From Gemmatales bacterium (GTDB lineage Bacteria > Planctomycetota > Planctomycetia > Gemmatales > HRBIN36): DNA of 64,000 nt. The notes beneath the pieces were generated by a model, which saw only the letters and a list, made by a program, of their open reading frames with translations, was not told the DNA's origin and ran no database searches. Below are positions 1 through 8,069 of the stretch, piece after piece; position 1 is the first letter of the stretch; each line of letters begins with the position of its first letter. Both the position numbers and the translations under genes were made by a program. The DNA lies in contig JANXCQ010000003.1 of NCBI GenBank assembly GCA_025060195.1, positions 722 to 64,721 on the forward strand, in the 5' to 3' direction.

Positions 1-636
1 CTGTCTTTCGCGTTCCATGACGTCGGCAGGGATCTCATCTCGAGTTAGGGCCAACGGTTGCATGCCCGTGATGTGCATGGCAATGTCCTGGAGCACCGTG
101 GGGTCTTTGGGCGTGCCCTCGGCGAGGAGAATGGTTCCCGTACTGGCATTGAAATGGAGGTAACCTCCCACGGTGCCTCCACTGAGGCGAGCAAACCGAG
201 CGAGGCGCATATTTTCGCGAATAATCCCAATGGTTTCCTCAATCCGCTCACGGACAGTGCGGCCTCCGCCGTCCACATACGGTTGTTGCAAGAGTTCTTC
301 CACCGTTTGGGGCAGTTCGGGGGTGAGGGCCACATGCCGGGCCAAATCCTCGGTTAGCTGGATAAACGGATCGCTTTTGGCCACGGGGGCAGTTTCGCAC
401 CGCATTTCGACGATGGCTGCTACGCCGCGTTGCTGATCTAAGTAGATACCAATTCGCCCCTCCGCAGTTTCCCGCCCAGCTTTCTTGCTGCTGATGACTT
501 TGCTCTGTTCGCGAAGAATTTGAATCGCTTTCTCGAAATCTCCATTCGCTTTTTCTAATGCAGCTTTGCAATCCATCATGGGAGCGTTGGTCAAGCTCCG
601 CAACTTCATGACATCTGCGGCAGTGATCGTGGCCAT
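1..636 (-). CDS. tsf: Elongation factor Ts, N-terminal 212 codons; the 3' end runs off the window
   Basis: Absent from the ORF track because it has no stop inside the window. My minus-strand translation from the ATG at 636-634 reads MATITAADVMKLRSLTNAPMMDCKAALEKANGDFEKAIQILREQSKV..., the conserved EF-Ts UBA-like N-terminus. I checked the frame triplet by triplet and found no in-frame stop down to base 1. It lies downstream of rpsB, as in the conserved rpsB-tsf operon. Confidence 0.88.
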   Translation of the reverse strand, partial: MATITAADVMKLRSLTNAPMMDCKAALEKANGDFEKAIQILREQSKVISSKKAGRETAEGRIGIYLDQQRGVAAIVEMRCETAPVAKSDPFIQLTEDLARHVALTPELPQTVEELLQQPYVDGGGRTVRERIEETIGIIRENMRLARFARLSGGTVGGYLHFNASTGTILLAEGTPKDPTVLQDIAMHITGMQPLALTRDEIPADVMERERQ

Positions 637-841
637 ATTCCTCTCTCCGGGTATCCTGGCTGGGCAAAGCTACTTTGTATTGTTCGCGTCCTTTCAGGAC
701 ACTGCTTTCGAGCGCTCTCGGACAGTCGTTGCTCTCAGCATAAAGACTTGAGTGAAGGCCCAAGCAGGGAGAAGATGGTCAGTGCTCGGAAGTTCCCAGT
801 AGTCTTGCCCTAAAGTCTACGATGGCTCCGAAAATGATGAA

Positions 842-1606
842 TTAGGAAGCCCCCTGTACGGGCACAGGTTCCACCGATGCGGGCGCGGAGTTCGCCTCGA
901 CCTTCTCACGAAATTCTGGTGGTAAGGACGCTTTTCCTTCCAGTACTGCCTGAGCGAGCTTGCTCACGATTAGGTCGATAGAACGAATGCTATCGTCATT
1001 CCCGGGAATGGGCAAATCCACGAGGTCTGGGTCGCCATCAGTATCAATGAGCGCTACGCTCACGATGCCCATACGTCGTGCCTCGGCCACCGCCGTGTGT
1101 TCCCGCACAGGATCGACAATTACTAACGCATCTGGCAAACGTTCCATCGTGCGGATACCACGCAGGTTCCGCTCGATTTTTCGCTTCTCCCGTAGTAACG
1201 AGGCAATCATCTTCTTGCTGTAAGTCTGGAGTTGACCGTTGCGTTCCATTTCCTCGAGTTCTTCTAAACGCTGGAGGCGACTGCGAATAGTTTTGAAATT
1301 CGTCAGGGTGCCGCCTAACCAGCGCTCACTGACAAACGGCATGCCACAACGAATGGCCTCGCGTTCGATGATCTCCCGCGCCTGACGCTTGGTGCCGACA
1401 AACAGGATGATTTTGCCCTCACTTGCTGTCTTGACCAGGAACCGATATGCCCGCAACAGGCCCCGCAACGTTTCTCGCAAATCAATGATGTGGATCAAAC
1501 CGCTGCGACCGTAAATGTACGGTTTCATTTTGGGATTCCAGCGGCTGGCGCGATGGCCATAATGCACCCCCGCTTCGATTAGGTCTTTCACCTCGACAAT
1601 CGCCAC
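842..1606 (-). CDS. rpsB: 30S ribosomal protein S2
   Basis: The 254-aa ORF reads [33 protein letters not shown]..., typical of the S2 family. It has a GTG start at 1606, with AAGGAGG (revcomp of 1613-1619) 6-7 nt upstream. Confidence 0.95.
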   Translation of the reverse strand: MAIVEVKDLIEAGVHYGHRASRWNPKMKPYIYGRSGLIHIIDLRETLRGLLRAYRFLVKTASEGKIILFVGTKRQAREIIEREAIRCGMPFVSERWLGGTLTNFKTIRSRLQRLEELEEMERNGQLQTYSKKMIASLLREKRKIERNLRGIRTMERLPDALVIVDPVREHTAVAEARRMGIVSVALIDTDGDPDLVDLPIPGNDDSIRSIDLIVSKLAQAVLEGKASLPPEFREKVEANSAPASVEPVPVQGAS

Positions 1607-1880
1607 GCATCTTCCTCCTTGGGCTCATGCCCGGTGAAGCGATTCGCCCCGTGTTTTCGCCAAGCCCCAGGGGATTCCCTGGAACGGCCTCGCCTTTTCC
1701 CCTTGGCGACGCACCTCGTCTTCAGCTACCTCGCAGCGCCGCCAGGACAATGGATACGTTTCCCAAGCCTGTGCCATGCGATGACAATAGCCCGACTTTT
1801 TCAAGCACAGGCAGCCAGCTTGAACACTAGGCCACAGGCCGAGCTACCCGGTTCTCGACCAAGCTGGTCGGGAGTATTTC

Positions 1881-1908
1881 ATCTTATCGGAAATCGGTTT
1901 GTCGTCAA
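1881..1908 (-). promoter_or_regulatory. Candidate sigma70-like promoter for rpsB-tsf (TTGACG-N16-TAAGAT)
   Basis: The minus strand reads TTGACG (1908-1903), a 16-nt spacer, then TAAGAT (1886-1881). This would give a leader of about 270 nt before the rpsB GTG. Sequence pattern only. Confidence 0.3.
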
Positions 1909-2753
1909 ATCGAATTAACGTGATACGCCGCTTCGTCAACGGCGGATGCCTTGTGTTTAGCTGAGCGTTCCCAGGGAACATCAGCGGTATTTGCTATAGC
2001 GAATCAAGCGCGGCTGGCAAGCGGACGATGAGGCCATTACTGCAGAACGCTGTGTCAAACTTCGACGAAGCGGGGCACGTCGGTACGCTCCTGGGTAGGC
2101 CGGTGGCTGTTGCCATGTCCGCCGTGTTAGACGTGAACTAAACGGCGCGCGTTAGTACGGTACTCCGCGAGCACAAGTAGGCACGCTGGGCGCCTGCACC
2201 AAAGTCACCCCCCGAAGCCACCCAGACCGCACTAAGTCGCGGTGGTGACCGTCCAGCCATCTGCAACACTGACCGTGCGGTGCTTCGTTAGACATGCCGC
2301 TCAACTGCGAGGCATCCGGGTACCGGCCGGGACACCATCTTGCCGCTTTCCGAGCCATCGCCCCATCGGTGCCCATCGGGCCGCGTGGGCACAATCTCGG
2401 CACCCCTAGGCAAACTCCGCGCGGCAACGCAATTTTTTATGTGTGCGGATTCGCCCCTGTTTTTACCCCCCACGGCAAGCCGAATGACCTGGTAAACTTG
2501 TTTCCTAAGTGCTGATGTGCCAAATTCTTACAATTTTTGTCTCGAACCAAGGGCGAGCGCGCGGGCATGTTGGAAAATTTGTGCAGTCCACCCCACGGCA
2601 AAATCGCGATCTTGCCGGGGTGGTGACACGCGGTTTGCCTCTGCCCCATTTCCGACCTTAGATGGAACGTTATCAACTTAGTGACATTTACCCGAATGAT
2701 TCAATTCAGCGACTTTTCCGAATACATTAGTAACATAGTCAACTTGGTGATAT

Positions 2754-2782
2754 TTGACAGACCTCCGAATTATGGCTACATT
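2754..2782 (+). promoter_or_regulatory. Candidate sigma70-like promoter (TTGACA-N17-TACATT) inside an AT-rich patch, pointing toward the tandem repeat array
   Basis: TTGACA sits at 2754-2759, followed by a 17-nt spacer and TACATT at 2777-2782. It lies in the only markedly AT-rich stretch of this region (about 2690-2900). No convincing ORF lies downstream. Confidence 0.25.
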
Positions 2783-3084
2783 TTAGCTCTGAAAAATCAT
2801 GGTATGCTCCCCGGCACCATTAGTCGGATACCCGACGGCGATTCCATTTGTTATTTTTTTTATGTCGCAAAAATCTCCCATTGGCTCGGGACGCTATATC
2901 GCTTCGCGTTTGCGATAAGCAGCCCAGGTGCGGGATGCCCAAGCGATAAAGACGATACTAGAGCGAGAGGCAGCGCCAAGAGCGCCGCAAGTTCGTTTGT
3001 GTCGTCCGGGACGCCTGACTACGAAGTCGGAACCGGAACGTTGCATCAACGCGCGTTTTTGATCCGTGCTAGGGCGAGATTTCT

Positions 3085-3390
3085 TATAGCGTAGCCTAAC
3101 GTGGCTTAGCGTAACTTGTCGTAGGCATGCAGTGTGCGAAGGGGAGAGAACACGGAAAACGCGGACGTACTTATGTCCACGACTGGTAACTTGTCGTAGG
3201 TAGGCGGTGCCCGGAGGTAAGAAAATATATAACACGCGGACGTACTTATGCGTTTATGTCTGGTAACTTCCCGTCGGGAGGCCGTGTGCGGAGGTGAGGG
3301 ACTCCATAACGCAAAGACGTACTTATGTCCACGACTGGTAACTTGTCGTAGGCAGGCGGTGCGCGGAGGGGAGTAGGGTGCGTTTGGGGC
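3085..3390. repeat. Tandem repeat, four units with a 75-77 bp period (the first unit is degenerate)
   Basis: The core GGTAACTTGTCGTAGG(C/T)AGGCGGTGC(G/C)CGGAGG recurs starting at about 3110, 3185, 3262 and 3337. The second block GACGTACTTATGTCCACGACTG recurs at 3164, 3239 (diverged) and 3316. The array ends about 8 nt from the brxL stop codon. Confidence 0.85.
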
Positions 3391-3397
3391 GGGGGGT

Positions 3398-5431
3398 TTA
3401 GGCGCTCTCGAGGGCTTTTTGCAGAGCAGCGCGGGGGTCGGAGTAGAAGATGGGGTCGATGCGTTCGACGATTTCGCTGGGCACGTCGGTGAATGCGCGT
3501 TTGTTTTCCAGGGGTAGCAAAGCGCGGCGTGCGCCGTTGTCCATGGCCACTTGGAGCGGTTCGATGAGCGAGCGTAAGGCTTTAATGGTACCTTGGATGC
3601 TCAGGTCGCCTAGCACTACCATGGCAGGTCGTACCGATTGGCGGCGCAGGGCTGAGTAAACGGCCACGACGAAGGCTACGCCGACTTCGCAGCTAGCGTG
3701 GTTCCCTAGCAGGTCAATGGCTTCGACCTGGAAATCGGTTGCGTCGAGTAGTTGGCGTATGCCGAGGAATTCCTTTTGCGTTTGCAGGTAGCTGAAGGCG
3801 CGGTCAATGGAATCCCGGAGTTTCCTGTCGGTTACGCCGACGTTGCGGAGTTTTCCGGTGCCTGCGGCACAGCCGACTTCGAGGCGGTAGAGTCCGACCT
3901 TGCCTTCGTCATCTACGGAAGCGGCATAGACCGAGCCCGGGGGTAGCGGGTCGCTGGAAATGGCCTGACAGCCGCCTTGTTCGGGAACGCCCACAAAGCG
4001 CTCCTCGCGAGTATCCTGGTCAATGAACGAGAACGAAGTTTGATGGTACTCGAAGGCGCCCATCTTTTTGAGTTGTTCTTTAACACGGCGTCGGCCTTCG
4101 AGGGCGAGTTCGAGGAGTTCCGCCAGTTCTTCTTTGGTGTATTCGCCGTGGGGATAGAGCAATTTGATCAGGCCGGAGACGGTTTTTCGCACTGCTTTGA
4201 CATCGCGTGCGTTGAGATGGCTGCCCAGGAGGAAGTAACGGTCAATGGCCTCGGTGTAGTTATGTTTGCGGAGTTCGCGTAGGGCCTCGGCCAGGTAGTC
4301 CACGACGAAGCCGTAGTGGTCGGTGAAGAATTCGACCCGCATTTTGGGAATTTCCCACCCGGGCAGGTAGAAGTGGATACGGTCGAGAAAGGCGAGGTCT
4401 TCGCGGATGACGTCGGGCATGGGCAGGAACAGGTGCGAGGTCCGTACCATGACTTCCACGGGCTGGTTGGTATTGCCGAACATGGCGATGGAGGCCATGC
4501 CTGTGAGCGAATCTTTGCCGCGGGCAAAGGTGCCGGATTCGCAGTAGGTTTTCAGAGTGGTGACGACCTCTTTGGGCATTTTTTGGAGGTCGGCGACTTC
4601 GTCGAAGGCGATGGCGTCCCAGATACCGACCAAGCCGATGCGGTTGGTGGCGATGTTATAAAACAGGTTGGCGACGGTGGTGGGGCCGGTGAGCAGGATG
4701 GCGTAGGGCGAGAGTTCCTGATAGGCGTAACTTTTGCCGGTGCCGCGTGGCCCGAGTTCGACCAGATTGTAGTTGCGTTCGCATAGGGGTATGAGGCGAA
4801 CGAGCAGGAGCATCTTGACCCGGCGGGAGAACTGGCTCGATTCCAGGCCCATGGTGCGGATCAGGAGGTCGAGCCATTCGTCGGTGGTGAAATGGCGGCG
4901 GTTTTGGCGGTATTCTTCGAGGTCGAAGGTGGCGATTTGGATCGGCTTGAGTTCATCAATCCAGAATGGGCTGCGTTTGGCCGGGCCGTGCGCTTCTGCG
5001 TCGTACTGATGGCGAAGTTCAATTTGGGCCCAGATGCCGCCTACCAGCAGCCGGTCGTATTTGCGGATGTAGTGGTCGGGAATGTGGACGTAGCGGTGGC
5101 CGAAGTTTTTCAGTTCCGCCCAGTATTTGTCGTCGTCGGAGACATAACGGACTTGGACTTTGTCAATGAAGGTGTGTCGGCCCTTGTCGCGGACGAGCGC
5201 CTGGGCTTTATTCGATTCGTCGGGCCGGACGTAGTGGGAGGCGAGGGTATTGTGCACGACGCGCATGCCTGCCTCGATAGCCACAGGGTCGTTCGTGGCG
5301 CAGTATTTTCCCAGTAGATATTCCAGCACGAACACGGGAACGTTGGCCCCGACTTTGACCTTGCGAACCAGGTCTTTGCGAACGACTTTACCGGGGAAGA
5401 CTTCGCTGACCTTTTGATCCAGTTCCGACAT
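3398..5431 (-). CDS. brxL: BREX Lon-like protease BrxL
   Basis: The intact 677-aa ORF begins MSELDQKVSEVFPGKVVRKDLVRKVKVGANVPVFVLEYLLGKYCA..., with an AAA-like core (ELGPRGTGKSY) and a Lon-protease-like C-terminus. It is the last gene of the BREX operon, starting 9 nt after the pglZ stop. Confidence 0.88.
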   Translation of the reverse strand: MSELDQKVSEVFPGKVVRKDLVRKVKVGANVPVFVLEYLLGKYCATNDPVAIEAGMRVVHNTLASHYVRPDESNKAQALVRDKGRHTFIDKVQVRYVSDDDKYWAELKNFGHRYVHIPDHYIRKYDRLLVGGIWAQIELRHQYDAEAHGPAKRSPFWIDELKPIQIATFDLEEYRQNRRHFTTDEWLDLLIRTMGLESSQFSRRVKMLLLVRLIPLCERNYNLVELGPRGTGKSYAYQELSPYAILLTGPTTVANLFYNIATNRIGLVGIWDAIAFDEVADLQKMPKEVVTTLKTYCESGTFARGKDSLTGMASIAMFGNTNQPVEVMVRTSHLFLPMPDVIREDLAFLDRIHFYLPGWEIPKMRVEFFTDHYGFVVDYLAEALRELRKHNYTEAIDRYFLLGSHLNARDVKAVRKTVSGLIKLLYPHGEYTKEELAELLELALEGRRRVKEQLKKMGAFEYHQTSFSFIDQDTREERFVGVPEQGGCQAISSDPLPPGSVYAASVDDEGKVGLYRLEVGCAAGTGKLRNVGVTDRKLRDSIDRAFSYLQTQKEFLGIRQLLDATDFQVEAIDLLGNHASCEVGVAFVVAVYSALRRQSVRPAMVVLGDLSIQGTIKALRSLIEPLQVAMDNGARRALLPLENKRAFTDVPSEIVERIDPIFYSDPRAALQKALESA

Positions 5432-5440
5432 GGCGGACTC

Positions 5441-6493
5441 CTAGATGGCAATGGCGACCTCGACGGTCAACGGGGTGGCCAGTTCCACGTGGGTGGCGCT
5501 ATCCACCAGGTGGATCGTGGCCGTGGGTTGGTTGATGTCTTCTTCGAGCATCAGGGCGATGGTGTTGGGTTCAACTTGTTGCGGATCGGCGTCGGAGAAT
5601 TTCAGGTGGACGTCGCCTGTCGCGTCGTCGAAGCCATACGAAGCGCTCACTGGTCGGGACACTACTTTTCGACCGGCGCGGATTTCGACGCGCACCTGGG
5701 GGAGTTCGGCGCCGAAGAGGCTGGATTCGGTCGCCTGGCCGGAAACGCGGACGGAGAAGAACCGCGTGGTGATCTTGGCGGCGCCGGGGGTAAGTGTCCA
5801 GGCCATGGGGCAGAATCGCGGACGTGGCTTTGCCTTGGCCGTTACTGTCAGTACCGGGATGATCATTTCCTGGGGCGAGACCCCGCCGTGGAAGTAAGCC
5901 CGATTGCCGCTTTTACAGCGAAACACGGCAAAGCCTTTGGGCGTGGCGAATTCCAGGTCGGTTTCCAGGCCGAAGCTCTGTAACGGTACGCGCCACGAGG
6001 ACGGTGCCGAAGTGCCGGCGGAACCGAGCCAAAGGCGCCGCCGCAAGTTGACCGTGGAGCCTGCGGGAGGCTCGATTTTCATGGGCTCGGTGGTTTCGTC
6101 GGCGAAAAGGTAACCGTGGTCGGCGGTGAGGATGATGATGGTGAATCCGTGCTCGACCAGGATACGGACGACGCGCCGCAGCTGAGCCAGCAAGGCGTTC
6201 ATATGCAGACGGGCTTGGGCGATGTTATCGGTTTCGCCCAGTTCGTCAATTTCCTGCGAGGTAACTACCAGGAGCGTTGCCTGGGCCAGGTCTTGTTCCC
6301 GGCGTTTATTCGGTTTGGGCAACAGTTGTTCCAATTTACAATCCCGCACGTTGCAGGACACGCGTTCGCGGATATACTGGAGACGGTCTTTACGGTCTGC
6401 GATGACTCGTGCGCCGATTTTCACGCCAAGGCGACCGTCCTTGAGCGCGACCAACCCCAGGGATTGGTGCGCTTCGGGCAGCAAGGCGGCCAT
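5441..6493 (-). CDS. pglZ: PglZ, C-terminal fragment (PglZ/alkaline-phosphatase-like domain remainder), separated from the N-terminal fragment by an in-frame TAA
   Basis: It starts MAALLPEAHQSLG... and contains LTADHGYLF (the DHG metal-ligand motif). It is in the same frame as ORF 6500-8032, since both end coordinates are 1 mod 3. Confidence 0.85.
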   Translation of the reverse strand: MAALLPEAHQSLGLVALKDGRLGVKIGARVIADRKDRLQYIRERVSCNVRDCKLEQLLPKPNKRREQDLAQATLLVVTSQEIDELGETDNIAQARLHMNALLAQLRRVVRILVEHGFTIIILTADHGYLFADETTEPMKIEPPAGSTVNLRRRLWLGSAGTSAPSSWRVPLQSFGLETDLEFATPKGFAVFRCKSGNRAYFHGGVSPQEMIIPVLTVTAKAKPRPRFCPMAWTLTPGAAKITTRFFSVRVSGQATESSLFGAELPQVRVEIRAGRKVVSRPVSASYGFDDATGDVHLKFSDADPQQVEPNTIALMLEEDINQPTATIHLVDSATHVELATPLTVEVAIAI

Positions 6494-6499
6494 ACCGAC

Positions 6500-8032
6500 T
6501 TAGGTGACCGTGGGCACGGTGGCCAAGGCGGGACGCAGTTCGACTTGGAAATCGTTTTCGAGCAAGCGGGCCAGTTCCCGTCCCATCTCGAACCGCAGGG
6601 CATCCACCCAGACGTAAGCGACTTTCTGGCCGCTTTGCAGGTGGGGTTTGACGACTTTTTCGAAAATTTCGCGTTGCTGGAGCAACGCCTTGGCGGGGAA
6701 TCTGGTCTTGTGGAGCAGGTCGAAGAACAGTTCGGCCAGCTTGGTGCCGACGGTTTCATACTCCTGGCGGGCCCGCGTGGTCAGTTTGTGCAGTTGGTCG
6801 TAGTCGTCCTCGGCGGTAAACTCGAGGTTATGGCGGCGTTGTTCGAGGTGGCGGTGACAGGTATCGAGGAGGCACCAGGGTTGGTCGGAGGCGGCGTAGG
6901 CGTGCACCAGTTCGGCGAGGCTGGACGGCGGCGATTGGAGTTGTTGGCGGATGTGGTCGGCGCAGAGAAGTAGTTCGGCGGCCACGGCTACCAACGCCCA
7001 ATACGCCTGGAGGGTCGGTTCCACTTCGGCCCAGAAACGCGAAAGCCGCCGCTGCGCTAACTCCAGCAGCTCGCGCCGCGGGCCTTCGAGCAGTTGTTGT
7101 TCGGCGTATTGGAGCAGGACTTTGTCCAGCACGGGGAAGGTTTCCAAGTGCTGACAGGCAAGCGCGGGCAGGGGGAGCCGGTGCAGTTGATACTGTTGTT
7201 CGACCTGGCGGGCCCAGGCGCTATAGCTGTCGCGATATTCCCGTTGATTCCGCCAGGCCTGGGCCAAGCGCAGACAGGCATCCCGGGCCAGCGGATTCTG
7301 GGCCACGGGCACGGAAGCTAACGTGGACGGCCAACTCTCCTTCAGACCGTGATACAGTTCGCTGAGCAACACATGGCGCGCGAAGTGTTCCCGTAACATG
7401 GTCAGCGAGACGCCGTCGCGCACCGACAGTTGGAATCGTTCGCCCAGCATCTCGCGCAGTGGTTGGACAAGTCGTTTTTCCTCGAGAGCGGCGTCGTATT
7501 TGTCGCTGGCGACGAAACGCAGGGCGACTTCCTCGGCGTCGTCGCTGCCGAAGACCGACTTGAGCAAGGCGGAGAGCGGTTTGTGGGGTGCAGCCAGGGC
7601 GTCCAGGAAAGCCAGGTCGAGTTGCTGCTGGTCGAGGCGTTCGAGCACCGCGGCCAGGTCTTTGTCGGGGAGCATGCCTTGCAACACCCGCCGGGCGAGC
7701 ACGCTGGGGCGCGTGTTGTGGGTCAGCGACGGATGCCCCGGACGCAACACGGTGCCCGCGGCTTCCAACTCAACCAGGGCATGGTGCGTATCGGCCGGGT
7801 CGCACGGTACGTACACCAGCAAGCGGGGCGGTTGTTCGTCGTTGAGCAAGGGGTCCACTTCGTAGCGCAGTTGGAAAAAGCTGTTGTTGCAGGTTACGAT
7901 CTTGGCGTCGGGCAGCGTTAGCTGGTCAACTACGGGACGATAGAACCCCTGGGGGTCGTACCAGACGACGATCCCATGCTTGTCGAGCAGTTCGGCGAGC
8001 AACTTGGTGACGTAGTCGCTGACGGCACCCAT
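6500..8032 (-). CDS. pglZ: PglZ, N-terminal fragment, ending at an in-frame TAA (6500-6502)
   Basis: It begins MGAVSDYVTKLLAELLDKHGIVVWYDPQGFY... and ends ...VAYVWVDALRFEMGRELARLL...ATVPTVT*. Reading across the stop gives TVPTVT*VGMAALLP, the conserved PxxT..GMAALLP segment of PglZ. Confidence 0.85.
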   Translation of the reverse strand: MGAVSDYVTKLLAELLDKHGIVVWYDPQGFYRPVVDQLTLPDAKIVTCNNSFFQLRYEVDPLLNDEQPPRLLVYVPCDPADTHHALVELEAAGTVLRPGHPSLTHNTRPSVLARRVLQGMLPDKDLAAVLERLDQQQLDLAFLDALAAPHKPLSALLKSVFGSDDAEEVALRFVASDKYDAALEEKRLVQPLREMLGERFQLSVRDGVSLTMLREHFARHVLLSELYHGLKESWPSTLASVPVAQNPLARDACLRLAQAWRNQREYRDSYSAWARQVEQQYQLHRLPLPALACQHLETFPVLDKVLLQYAEQQLLEGPRRELLELAQRRLSRFWAEVEPTLQAYWALVAVAAELLLCADHIRQQLQSPPSSLAELVHAYAASDQPWCLLDTCHRHLEQRRHNLEFTAEDDYDQLHKLTTRARQEYETVGTKLAELFFDLLHKTRFPAKALLQQREIFEKVVKPHLQSGQKVAYVWVDALRFEMGRELARLLENDFQVELRPALATVPTVT

Positions 8033-8069
8033 GGCTGGCTACCTGATGCGGGGCCTGGCGGTGCGCCGA

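Noticed and set aside
1920-2680. This region could be a tmRNA, RNase P RNA, SRP RNA, 6S RNA or group II intron remnant.
   Set aside because: I looked for GAGGAAAGTCC-type P4, tRNA-like 3' ends (GGTTCGA...CCA), an ANDxxALAA-type tag ORF, the SRP AGGTCCGGAAGGAAGCAGCC core and a domain V consensus on both strands. None is present. The region is kept only as an unexplained ORF-poor stretch.
2681-3235. ORFs 2681-3094 (+, 137 aa) and 2894-3235 (-, 113 aa) could be real genes at the island border.
   Set aside because: They overlap each other and run across the AT-rich patch and into the tandem repeats. They have no family features and no ribosome-binding site. A 50-codon minus-strand sub-ORF (about 3045-2896) cannot be excluded but has no support.
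3085-3390. The tandem array next to a defence operon could be a CRISPR array.
   Set aside because: The whole ~76-bp unit repeats, including the parts that would have to be spacers. There are no unique spacers of regular length, there are only four units, and no cas genes are present.
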